64,000 nucleotides of DNA from contig CAZOCP010000001.1 in assembly GCA_964578345.1 (NCBI GenBank), forward strand, positions 2,028 to 66,027. The letters run 5' to 3'. Every line of letters starts with the position of its first letter. Positions within the stretch are counted from its first letter, which is position 1. Below, piece by piece: positions 28,905 to 38,046 of this stretch. The translations under genes were made by a program, and so were the position numbers. Under the pieces are notes generated by a model that was given only the letters and a program-made list of their open reading frames with translations, did no database searches and was not told the origin of the DNA. The DNA comes from Candidatus Woesearchaeota archaeon (GTDB lineage Archaea; Nanobdellota; Nanobdellia; Pacearchaeales; GW2011-AR1).

Positions 28905-29840
28905 ATGTACAATTACACTCAGCTATTGGAAAGAATATCTTCTGCTTCTAAGATGACTTTAGACGATATTGAGAGAAAAATAGAAGCGAAAAGAGCCAAA
29001 TTGTCAGGGCTTGTTTCTAAAGAAGGGGCAGCTCAGATTGTTGCTGCGGAGCTGGGGATTCATTTTGATAAAGAAAGAATGAAAATCGCAGAGCTTGTGC
29101 AGGGGATGAGAAGAGTCAATGTTCTTGGAAAAATCATTGAAGTTTTTCCTGTCAGAAGTTATAATAAAAATGGGAGAGAAGGAAAAGTCGGCAGTTTCTT
29201 GTTGGCTGATGAAAGCGGAAATACTAGAGCAGTATTGTGGGATACTCATCATATAAGCCTCGTCGAGAATGGAGAGATTGGTTTAGGAAGCGCTGTTGAA
29301 TTATCTAATGCAAGTGTCAGGAACAGTGAGCTGCATTTGTCCGCTTTTAGCGATATTAAGAAAAGCAACGAGTCCATAGGTGAAGTCGTAAAAGAAAAGC
29401 AGTTTACTGCACACTATATTAAAGATGCTAAACCTGGGGTTTCGCTGAAAACCAGAGCATTTATTTTGCAGATGTTTGAACCTAGATATTTTGAAGTGTG
29501 CCCTGATTGCAGCAAAAAAGCTGTCGAAGGAATCTGTGCTGTGCATGGAAAAGTGCTGCCGCAGAGGCGCGCGCTTTTAAACGTTGTTATTGATGATGGG
29601 ACGGGCTCTTTGAGAAGCGTTCTGTTTCTTGAACAGCTCAGAGCTCTTGGGCTAGATGACGAGTCTATTTTTTCAATCGAAAAATTTGCTTTGCAGAAAC
29701 AACAAATACTGGGCGAAGAAAAATTTTTCTCAGGAAATATTAAGAATAACAGTTTATATAATACATTAGAATTCAATATAGGGGCAATAGAAAACTTTTC
29801 AGTTGACGCTCTGCTGAAAGAGTTTGAGGGGCGCGCATAA
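28905..29840 (+). CDS. RPA-like single-stranded DNA-binding protein (OB fold plus zinc ribbon)
   Basis: OB-fold-like region with the aromatic/basic pattern, plus a CPDC...C..H zinc ribbon (CPDCSKKAVEGICAVHG). Confidence 0.6.
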   Translation: MYNYTQLLERISSASKMTLDDIERKIEAKRAKLSGLVSKEGAAQIVAAELGIHFDKERMKIAELVQGMRRVNVLGKIIEVFPVRSYNKNGREGKVGSFLLADESGNTRAVLWDTHHISLVENGEIGLGSAVELSNASVRNSELHLSAFSDIKKSNESIGEVVKEKQFTAHYIKDAKPGVSLKTRAFILQMFEPRYFEVCPDCSKKAVEGICAVHGKVLPQRRALLNVVIDDGTGSLRSVLFLEQLRALGLDDESIFSIEKFALQKQQILGEEKFFSGNIKNNSLYNTLEFNIGAIENFSVDALLKEFEGRA

Positions 29841-29880
29841 TTTAACGCATAATTTAAATTCTTAGTTATTATCTAAAATC

Positions 29881-30339
29881 ATGCTTGCACGGACACATCT
29901 TATGCTTGGAGTTCTTGCGTCTTTGATATTTCTTCCATATATTGAGAATTCTTTTCTTTTTTTATCTGTTACAATACTAAGCAGCTTACTGCCAGATATT
30001 GATAGCATACATTCTTTAATAGGGAGAATCAAGATTTTGAGGCCCGTACAATGGGTTGTGAAACATAGGGGAATGATTCATAGCTTTACAATTTGCACAT
30101 TATTGGCAATTTTCTTTTCTTTATTTTTTCCTTTAATTGTCTTTCCTTTTTTTCTAGGGTACGGGCTTCATTTATTAGCTGATTCTATTACTGTTGAAGG
30201 AATTAGGCCATTTTGGCCTTTACGCTCTTCAATACAGGGAAAAATACGTGTTGGAAGAAATTTTGAAAAAATATTTTTTTATTTTATTTTAATAATTATT
30301 TTATTTTTATCTTTAAGATTATTTTTTTTACCGACGTAA
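29881..30339 (+). CDS. membrane-bound metal-dependent hydrolase (YdjM/DUF457 family)
   Basis: THLMLG...LLPDIDS...HRGMIHS conserved His/Asp pattern within TM helices. Confidence 0.55.
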   Translation: MLARTHLMLGVLASLIFLPYIENSFLFLSVTILSSLLPDIDSIHSLIGRIKILRPVQWVVKHRGMIHSFTICTLLAIFFSLFFPLIVFPFFLGYGLHLLADSITVEGIRPFWPLRSSIQGKIRVGRNFEKIFFYFILIIILFLSLRLFFLPT

Positions 30340-30391
30340 TTTGATATATGCTTTAGAAAGGTATAATGTTTATAAACCTCCATGATATATA

Positions 30392-31396
30392 ATGAAGATG
30401 GCGAAAGCGGAAAGCGATAAAAAAGAAGATAATAAAGATGATTCTACTGAGAATAAGTTGACTGATATTCCTGGAATAGGTCCTGGAATCGCTGCAAAAT
30501 TAGAAGCTGCTGGAATTTATGATTTAATGGGGATGGCAGTCATGTCTCCTTCTGCTCTTTCTGAACTTGCAGGTATTGGCGAGGCAGTTGCTAGAAAAGC
30601 AATTCAGGCTGCGAGAGCGCTGATGAAACTTGGTTTTGTAGATGGGACTGAATTTGCCAGAAAAAGAGAAGACGTAGGCTATATTACCACAGGCTCAGAT
30701 AATTTAAATAAACTTCTGGGAGGAAGAGGAATTGAGACCAAAGCAATGACAGAAGCTTACGGCGCTTTTGGCTCAGGAAAAACACAGCTGGGATTAACCC
30801 TGGCTGTGCATGTTCAATTGCCTAAAGAGCAAGGAGGAGTTCTTGGAAAAGCGGTTTTTATTGATACTGAAGGTACATTCAGACCAGATCGTATTCGGCA
30901 AATTGCCGATGGGCTGGGAGCTAATCCTGAAAAAGTTCTTAAAAACATTTTGGTTGCAAGAGCATTCAATTCTGATCATCAAATATTATTACTAGATAAA
31001 ATAGGCGAGATTATCAAGGAAGGAGAACCGATAAAATTAGTTATTATTGATTCTTTGACTGCTCATTTCCGTGCAGAGTTTGCTGGAAGGGGTCAATTAG
31101 CTGATAGACAGCAGAAATTGAACAGATATCTTCATAACTTGATGAAATTAGCAGAGCAACATAACCTGGCTGTTTATCTAACAAACCAAGTAATGGCAAA
31201 TCCTGGAATGATGTTCGGAGACCCAACAACTCCTGTCGGAGGGCATATATTAGGTCATATGTCTACATATAGATTATATTTTAGAAGAGGAAAAGAAGGA
31301 AGCAGAGTAGCTAAACTTATAGACTCTCCAAATTTGCCTGACAACGAAACTATGTTTTTCTTGACTGAAAAAGGTATTAAAGATGAGAAGGAATGA
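30392..31396 (+). CDS. radA: DNA repair and recombination protein RadA
   Basis: N-terminal HhH ([16 protein letters not shown]), Walker [11 protein letters not shown], Walker B and L1/L2 loops; the TATA-like element TTTATAAA lies about 20 nt upstream. Confidence 0.95.
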   Translation: MKMAKAESDKKEDNKDDSTENKLTDIPGIGPGIAAKLEAAGIYDLMGMAVMSPSALSELAGIGEAVARKAIQAARALMKLGFVDGTEFARKREDVGYITTGSDNLNKLLGGRGIETKAMTEAYGAFGSGKTQLGLTLAVHVQLPKEQGGVLGKAVFIDTEGTFRPDRIRQIADGLGANPEKVLKNILVARAFNSDHQILLLDKIGEIIKEGEPIKLVIIDSLTAHFRAEFAGRGQLADRQQKLNRYLHNLMKLAEQHNLAVYLTNQVMANPGMMFGDPTTPVGGHILGHMSTYRLYFRRGKEGSRVAKLIDSPNLPDNETMFFLTEKGIKDEKE

Positions 31397-31753
31397 ATTA
31401 TTGATTGAAATATGAAACATATTTTACAAAAAAGTAGAATATTACGGAAAACTGAGCCAGGAAATTGGTTACATTGCCTGGAACAGCTTGATGGAATGAA
31501 TCTTGCTTATATTATCAAACCATTCTCCAGAAATACTTTTGAATGGGGTTCTTTGCGCTAAATCTTCTAAGTCCTTTTTCTGTTTTAGTTTCTTTTTTAT
31601 CTGTTCGTCAAGTTCCTTATCGGAAATTACTTTCTTCTTTAGGAAGTTTATCAAATTCCTCTTTTTTGATTATTTCACCAACCTCTAAGTTAACAATATC
31701 CACCGAGCAATACATTTATAAATATTAGTATATTATTTAAATTTGTAAATAAG

Positions 31754-32137
31754 ATGTTCAAAAGCATTAAAAAATATGTCCAATTTAATCCAATAAATAC
31801 TGTCACTTATACTATTTGTAGTACAACAACAAGTATAACCTTAGTTGATATTCTATCAGAAGGAAAAATTGACACTGTAAATATTGCTGCTTTAAGTTTA
31901 ACAGGATTAGCGGCTATTGGAGCTACAGCATCTTCAATATATAGAAAAATGGCTTATGATGCTACCTGCCGATTGATTAAGAAATATGGATTCTTTCGTG
32001 AAATTTTGCAAGATAAAAGAAGTAGGAAATTGGTAAAAATTTTCGCAGAGGAACATAATAGAATCGATGAATATCAACATGCATTAGAACAATATCAACA
32101 CGGCATTTACAACAACTTCTGGCAGCAGCGGAATTGA
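31754..32137 (+). CDS. hypothetical protein
   Basis: 127-aa ORF. Confidence 0.3.
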   Translation: MFKSIKKYVQFNPINTVTYTICSTTTSITLVDILSEGKIDTVNIAALSLTGLAAIGATASSIYRKMAYDATCRLIKKYGFFREILQDKRSRKLVKIFAEEHNRIDEYQHALEQYQHGIYNNFWQQRN

Positions 32138-32366
32138 AACTAACATTTGACATTAAACGCAGTTTTTCAGCTATTTAGAGTTATCATTTACTGAAAAATT
32201 GGGGTTGAGGAGATGCAATCTCCGAACAGCTTAATGTCTATTATGTCTCCCGAGTTTACAAGAGTGCAACGTGGCAAAATGCTTTAACATTTTGAGTTAA
32301 AATACCTTCTCTTATTGGGCGGGGAAGGTAATAAACAGGTTCTCAAACTGCGTTGAAAATGTAAAT

Positions 32367-35237
32367 TTAGAACAGACGATATTTGCCTGAATTTCTTATT
32401 ATATATCCTGTCATTCCTTTTGGTTCAATGTCAAGTATTACCATTCCCATATGCCCTCCGCCTCCACTATCAGCAGGCGCAGGTGCTGGCGCAGAGCTTG
32501 GAGCTGGAGCACTATAAGATGTGCTTGGAGCACTATATGTAGAAGTTGTAGAAGTGCTTCCTGTATGGTCTCCGCTTGAGTATGTAGAACTTCCAGAATA
32601 AGTTCCTGTTCCCGAGGTTGTTGTACTGCCTGAATATGGCGTACTATAACTCCCTGTAGTTCCACTGCTGTATGTTGATGTACCTGTACTGCTTGTATAA
32701 GAATCACCACTATAAGCTCCGGGGTTATATCCAGTTGAAGATGTGCTTCCAGAACTTGTTCCTCCTCCTTGATTTGTCCATGTACCATCTGAATTCTGTG
32801 CCCAGTTATTTCCATATGAATCTACAGCAGAGCCGCTGCTGTATGAAGAACTACCTGCTGAACTTCCTGAAGCAGAGGGAGGACTATAATATGCGGAGTA
32901 GTACCCTCCTGCATTATAATGTGTTGTTGAGTCTGTGCTGCTTGTTCCTGAGGTCTGGCCCGAGTATTGATTGTAAACTTCTCCTGTAGACGCATGCCAT
33001 GTACCATCTGTATTTCTTGTCCATTCTTTTCCAGAAGGATCACTGAGACCTGTGCTTGCTCCTTCTTTTGAATCATATATTTTTCCTGATGTATCTGTGT
33101 ACATACCTGATTTAGAATCATATGCATAATAACTAGAAGGAGGAGGAGTATATGCCTCGCCTGTTGACGATTTCCAGCTTCCAGTTGAACTGTCATATTC
33201 CCACTTTTCACCATGATCAGTTGTGTAGCTTTTTTCATTTTCATGACCTACTGGAGCGCCGGTTATTGCTGCGGGCTGGTAAGTTTGCCCATTAGAAGAA
33301 GTCCAAATGCTTTTTTCAGGATCGTATTCCCAATTTTCACCTCCGTATGAATAAGTATAAGCTTTTTCATTGCTATAATAATTTGTATATTGATTATGAG
33401 ATCCTGTTCCATCTGGAGGCACATACGCTTTTCCATCTGCCGCGATATAATGCTCAAATTCCGGATTGTATTCATATTTTACAGCTGTACCATCTTCTCG
33501 TTTGTATTCAAACCCTGTTGGTTTATGCTCAAACTGTCCCCCACCTACTACACTATAAGATCCTGGTTTGTATGAATATGCTTCTTTTGTACCATCTGGA
33601 TTTATAACTTCATAACCGGTGGCAAAGTATTTGTATTCATAAATACCTTCGGGCTTTCCATATTTATATTCATAAACTTCATCACCTCTTGCGAAAGTAT
33701 TTATTGGTTCATACTCTTCTGGATATTGCTGTTTATAGGTTTCTCCTGAAGGAGTTGTGTATTCATATTCTTTTTCGGAAAATTTATATTTATACCCGGA
33801 TGTTGGATCAACATATTCATGTCCTTTGACAAAACCTCCGCCTGGTTGGTATTTTTCAGAGTTATCATCACCAATCGGCGGCCAAACTGGCATTACATCA
33901 ATACCCTTATCTTCGAACTCTATAAAGCCAGGAGGAATATATTCTTCTCCATACGCTTTTCTAAATTCGTCAGCATATCTTTCTGACATAACTGATGCTA
34001 TTTCCTGCTCGGTTTTTCCTTCTGCACGGAATTTATCAAATAAATTATTATATTCTTCACCTAATTTTTGAGCAAGCTCCGAGACTCTTTTTGATTGTTC
34101 ATGTCTTTTCTCAATTAGTTCTGCTTTTTCAGGATATTTCTGCTTAAGTTCTTCTTTATATCTTTCAAGCTCTTCTAAATTAGAATTTTCCCCACCAATA
34201 TTTTTAGTTAGTTCTAATGGATCTAAGTCTGCTTTTTCTGCAAGTCTGGATTTTTCTTCTGCTGAGAGATCATCATATTTTTCAGCGTTTAGAGATATAT
34301 GCTCTGCTGCCGTAAACTGACCAAAAGCTTTTCCATAATCTCCATTTTCATAAGCGCTTTCACATATCTGAAGATGAAGTTTTGCATTTTCAAGCAGTAT
34401 TTCTTCAGTGTGCGTATCTTCTCCTGCTTTTTTAGCATCTACCAACTCAGTTTCCTGTTGAATAATCGCTGCTTTTAATACAGCTATTTCGGTTTCTGTT
34501 ATTTCTTGTTTATATTCATCTGTTATCCCGCTCTCATCTTCTTTTTCAACAACTGCGAGTTCTACTTCTATTTTAGGAACTCCGCTTGCTTCGGCTGTTG
34601 CCTCTATTGCTTCTTCTTTTCCATCAAGTATTTTTGCTTCAGCTTCTACAGTCTCTTCTCTTATTTCATTAATTAGACTGGCTGCGGTTTCTCTGTTTAT
34701 ATCACCAGTTTCAACTTTTTCTACAATAGAAGTTTGGAGTGCTTCGGCATACTTTCCGTTATCGATGATGCTTTTTTGAAGTTCGATTAGCCTGTGCAAA
34801 GGCGTGTCTTCTGATTGCTGGAATGTCGAGTATTCTATATGCGATTCATCAGCTGCTTGTTCTATATGCTGCTGTGTTTTTATAAGCAATTCCTGCGATT
34901 CATCAGCTGCTGATTGAGCGGCTTCGTAATCTCCTGCTTCAATCATTGCTTTCATTTCTGCCAGTCTCTCTGCGGTGTATTGTGCCTCAAGCTCTACCTT
35001 TGCTTCTGCACTTGTTACGAAATTAAGCCGCATATGTTCAAAGAATAATTCTACATTGTACATTGCGCTGTCAGGAGTTGTTCCGGGGTCCGGGAAAGTT
35101 ATTTCTCTGACTTGAGAGGAATCGTCCTCTGCTGCTAAAACATTGAAATTAAAGACACTAATTGACAACATTGATATTAGAAATAAAGATATTGTATTAT
35201 AAATTCGGCTACTTTTTCTTTTTTGGTAAGTGTACAT
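32367..35237 (-). CDS. large secreted cell-surface protein (signal peptide, acidic coiled-coil region, W-x-W-x-Y repeats, Ser/Thr/Tyr/Gly-rich tail)
   Basis: Signal peptide ISLFLISMLSISVFNFNVLA-AEDD. About 380 aa of E/K/A-rich helix. Four repeats of the type GEKWEYDSSTGSWKSSTGEAYTPP. The terminal roughly 250 aa are largely S/T/G/Y. The coding DNA is markedly more GC-rich than its surroundings. Confidence 0.6.
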   Translation of the reverse strand: MYTYQKRKSSRIYNTISLFLISMLSISVFNFNVLAAEDDSSQVREITFPDPGTTPDSAMYNVELFFEHMRLNFVTSAEAKVELEAQYTAERLAEMKAMIEAGDYEAAQSAADESQELLIKTQQHIEQAADESHIEYSTFQQSEDTPLHRLIELQKSIIDNGKYAEALQTSIVEKVETGDINRETAASLINEIREETVEAEAKILDGKEEAIEATAEASGVPKIEVELAVVEKEDESGITDEYKQEITETEIAVLKAAIIQQETELVDAKKAGEDTHTEEILLENAKLHLQICESAYENGDYGKAFGQFTAAEHISLNAEKYDDLSAEEKSRLAEKADLDPLELTKNIGGENSNLEELERYKEELKQKYPEKAELIEKRHEQSKRVSELAQKLGEEYNNLFDKFRAEGKTEQEIASVMSERYADEFRKAYGEEYIPPGFIEFEDKGIDVMPVWPPIGDDNSEKYQPGGGFVKGHEYVDPTSGYKYKFSEKEYEYTTPSGETYKQQYPEEYEPINTFARGDEVYEYKYGKPEGIYEYKYFATGYEVINPDGTKEAYSYKPGSYSVVGGGQFEHKPTGFEYKREDGTAVKYEYNPEFEHYIAADGKAYVPPDGTGSHNQYTNYYSNEKAYTYSYGGENWEYDPEKSIWTSSNGQTYQPAAITGAPVGHENEKSYTTDHGEKWEYDSSTGSWKSSTGEAYTPPPSSYYAYDSKSGMYTDTSGKIYDSKEGASTGLSDPSGKEWTRNTDGTWHASTGEVYNQYSGQTSGTSSTDSTTHYNAGGYYSAYYSPPSASGSSAGSSSYSSGSAVDSYGNNWAQNSDGTWTNQGGGTSSGSTSSTGYNPGAYSGDSYTSSTGTSTYSSGTTGSYSTPYSGSTTTSGTGTYSGSSTYSSGDHTGSTSTTSTYSAPSTSYSAPAPSSAPAPAPADSGGGGHMGMVILDIEPKGMTGYIIRNSGKYRLF

Positions 35238-35446
35238 CTCTTTTTACGCGTTACTTCTAAGAAAAAGATATTTAAATACCTTTCCTTTTATGGGACTCTA
35301 TTGAAAATGTCCCCTCAGTAAAGGTTATCTACTGAAGGGACTTGTTATTCACCTCAATGAATAACATGAAAAAAGAGGAACGTCTGAGTAGAAAATTTAG
35401 AGCATAGTAAAAAGAAATAAGAGATTAAAATCAACTTTTTTACAAA

Positions 35447-35692
35447 TTATCTATTGTAAATATTTTTACGATGTCCAACTTTTAAAATAATAATTGTTTC
35501 TTTCTCGATAGAAAAAATAACCCTGTAATCTCCTACTCTCAATCTAAAATCATTACTTCCTTTCAATCTTTTTATATCTTTAGAAAAAGGATTTTCAGAT
35601 AATTCTTCAACTTTTTTAATAATCCTTTTTGTTATAGAACCTTCAAGTTTTTCTATATTTTGTAATGCGTGTTCTTTCCATTCTACGTACAT
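35447..35692 (-). CDS. relE: RelE/ParE-family type II toxin
   Basis: FRLRVGDYRVIFSIEKETIIILKVGHRKNIY matches the RelE/StbE core. Confidence 0.8.
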   Translation of the reverse strand: MYVEWKEHALQNIEKLEGSITKRIIKKVEELSENPFSKDIKRLKGSNDFRLRVGDYRVIFSIEKETIIILKVGHRKNIYNR

Positions 35693-35898
35693 TATAATCC
35701 CAATCTTTTTTTAACTTCGGCATGAGAAACGCTCTTACCTTTTCTAGCCTCTTCTATTTCTTTCTTTGTTTTTTCATTTAATTCTAAATCGTCTTCAATC
35801 ATTCTCTCAATTACTTCGTTATAGGTTTCTCTTTCCATCATTTTCATTCTATTTAAAACAACCTTTACATTATCTGATATTTGTATTGTTGTTGCCAT
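35692..35898 (-). CDS. cognate antitoxin (small DNA-binding, RelB/Phd-like)
   Basis: 68 aa, overlaps the toxin start (ATGA), charged helical C-terminus. Confidence 0.6.
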   Translation of the reverse strand: MATTIQISDNVKVVLNRMKMMERETYNEVIERMIEDDLELNEKTKKEIEEARKGKSVSHAEVKKRLGL

Positions 35899-36027
35899 CT
35901 ATATTTTCTTATAGTATTCTATAAGAAGTTATAATATTTAAACTTTTCTGATGCAATATTCCGTATATTTGGACTTTAGATGATATGAATCTTTTAGTGT
36001 ACCGCCCCCACAAGGATTTGAACTTTA

Positions 36028-36101
36028 TAGGCGGGCAGGGATTTGAACCCTGATCAGTTCCTCCGCAAGGAACTATTCTATCCTGGTTGAACTACTCGCC
36101 T
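36028..36101 (-). tRNA. tRNA-Arg (anticodon GCG)
   Basis: Hand-folded. Acceptor AGGCGAG/CCCGCCT (one A-C mismatch), D arm with GG, anticodon stem GTTCC/GGAAC with loop TTGCGGA, T arm CAGGG-TTCAAAT-CCCTG, discriminator A. Confidence 0.65.
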
Positions 36102-37197
36102 GTTGTAGTCTAGCAAGGTTTTTCGGATTATTTGAACTTATCTCTTTTAGCCATTTTTCTACCATTAATTTACCATTTAAGTCTATTTTCCATTTTCCAA
36201 CAGATGGGATAAAGCCCAATTTAATTAGCATTTCTTTAACTTCTCTTATCAAATGTTGAGATTTAATCGTGAAAGTTACTGTCGGATAATTTTTCTTCGA
36301 TTTTGAAAAACTTACACAACCATCCGTATCAAACAACCCCCTTATAAATCCTATATATGTCTTTTTATTTCTACTTTCAATTATCTTTTTAGGTACTTTT
36401 ATTCTTTCAATTTTATTTCCATAAGGTATATCCAAAACTTTATTCTTAAAGTCAAATAATGCTTGGGAGTAAATCTCAAAACCAACAACGCTTTCTAGTT
36501 CCATAAGCCTTAAGTCAATATTATATAAATCTTTATATAATGGAAATAAGAAATTTGTCATGTAGTCTTTTTCTTTTTTACTTATTTTAACTGAAAAGTA
36601 TTTTTTATTAAATGATAAACATCCATCTCCTAGATGGACCCCAATTTCTTCTGCTAGTTCAGGAGACATTTGCTTTGGAAACTTTAGGCCTTTTTGTTTA
36701 TCGCCTTTACTAAAGTTTATTTGATTTATGTTTAAAAGTATTTTTTTATTTATAAAATATTGACGATTTTCTATTTCTAATTTATTACTTCTGTCTTTTC
36801 TTTTTTTCATTTTAGTTTCGATTGCCTTTTTTATAAATTCCTTATTATATTTACCAATTAAATTTTTAACAGCTTTCTTACCTGCATTGCTTCTGATTTG
36901 ATGGAATCTTGGATCATGCCATAGATTTTTTAAATGGTTTATCTTCTTCTCAACACCCTGCTTTCCGCCTTTTATGCTCCCCCAATTGTCCGGTTTTTTA
37001 TCGTAGATTTCTGGATTTGTGAACTCTTTTGGAATTAAATTTTCTGGCATGTATAGCGATCCTAATCTATATTTTTGTAGGGTTTTTACAGGAATTCTCA
37101 CTTTGACAGATAAATCATTAAAATTATTAACTTTATATTTATCTTTTAAAAAATTGAAGAATTTTTCTCGTTCTTTTTTTGTTAGTAAGATTCTCAT
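36073..37197 (-). CDS. free-standing LAGLIDADG-family homing endonuclease-like protein
   Basis: Two LAGLIDADG-type motifs, VHLGDGCLSF and LFDTDGCVSF; the ORF 3' end runs 29 nt into the tRNA-Arg gene. Confidence 0.65.
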   Translation of the reverse strand: MRILLTKKEREKFFNFLKDKYKVNNFNDLSVKVRIPVKTLQKYRLGSLYMPENLIPKEFTNPEIYDKKPDNWGSIKGGKQGVEKKINHLKNLWHDPRFHQIRSNAGKKAVKNLIGKYNKEFIKKAIETKMKKRKDRSNKLEIENRQYFINKKILLNINQINFSKGDKQKGLKFPKQMSPELAEEIGVHLGDGCLSFNKKYFSVKISKKEKDYMTNFLFPLYKDLYNIDLRLMELESVVGFEIYSQALFDFKNKVLDIPYGNKIERIKVPKKIIESRNKKTYIGFIRGLFDTDGCVSFSKSKKNYPTVTFTIKSQHLIREVKEMLIKLGFIPSVGKWKIDLNGKLMVEKWLKEISSNNPKNLARLQQASSSTRIE

Positions 37198-37332
37198 CTA
37201 TTCTCTAAATAAATATAGTTTATATATTTTTCTATCCGGGCTGAACTATGGGGGCTTAGAAAAAGAACGTTGCAGATGTTTTAAAAGTTGTTGATCGAGC
37301 CTAGATATTTAGAAATTGTTTGGAATAATAGC

Positions 37333-37527
37333 TTATACTTTTTTATTTTCGGCTTTGAATTTTACATCCCAGCCTTTCATAATTTCTGTAAACTGTGGGA
37401 TCGACATTTCTTTTACCATATCAAGATGCTCATGAATTGCATGGTGCCACGCTTCGGCCTCGGTTTTTCTGCGATCAGGACTCTTTACAGTATGTCCACA
37501 GTTGCATATAATGCTGTATTCTTTCAT
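37333..37527 (-). CDS. DUF1059-like small metal-binding protein
   Basis: 64 aa with a CxCGH....H..H.H pattern (IICNCGHTV...WHHAIHEH). Confidence 0.4.
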   Translation of the reverse strand: MKEYSIICNCGHTVKSPDRRKTEAEAWHHAIHEHLDMVKEMSIPQFTEIMKGWDVKFKAENKKV

Positions 37528-38046
37528 AAACGTTTTGGTAATATAGAGTATATATTCTTTTCGGTAGATTTGTCTTGTTGCGTTAACCGGACCTAATTAA
37601 TATTATCTTTTAGCAATTCAGTAAAATCTCAAACTGTTTTCTATATGAGTTTGCTACTTCTTTACTTCTTATAATAACTAAATGATCAGGATTTCCTCAG
37701 ACTATCATTTGAACATTATCCCATAAATCTGGACCGGATTAATAATATTAGGGTAGACTAGTTAAAAATCTATTTTTAAATCTTATGAAATACACCTCAC
37801 AATTTCGAGTTAAGATTTTTGTTTAATAAATGATTAATAAACGATTTTCCTCATTTTAACAGGAGGCGAAAAAATGAAAACAAAACAAAAAACCCTTGCA
37901 ATTAAGCAGAGACGGGAGGCGAAGCTCTTGAGAATCTATTCTTTCGCGCAGTTTCTCTTCGCGAAAGATATGCCGTATAACCATGGATTTGGAATAAAGA
38001 TCATTAAATAAAAAAAGAAGATTAAGACAAAGACTAAAAACTGTAC

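Noticed and set aside
283-31688. Numerous short antisense or overlapping ORFs in the track. Examples: 283..477, 522..737, 2627..2881, 2897..3142, 3139..3351, 4840..5037, 6606..6821, 6898..7236, 7615..7905, 8120..8518, 9163..9378, 11526..11747, 12038..12220, 14293..14550, 15874..16059, 18046..18474, 19415..19624, 21442..21822, 22080..22370, 22409..22669, 29004..29776, 30794..31229 and 31469..31688
   Set aside because: Each lies fully inside, and antisense or out of frame to, a longer ORF with recognisable domains. Their compositions are biased (F/L/I/S-rich), as expected for AT-rich non-coding frames.
32438-34071. Multiple 60-140-aa ORFs on both strands inside the surface-protein gene (32438..32815, 32672..32989, 32822..33244, 33263..33475, 33347..33607, 33390..33575, 33757..34071)
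   Set aside because: They are artefacts of GC-rich, repetitive coding DNA. The 956-aa frame has a signal peptide and coherent domain structure, and the alternatives are Q/H/L low-complexity.
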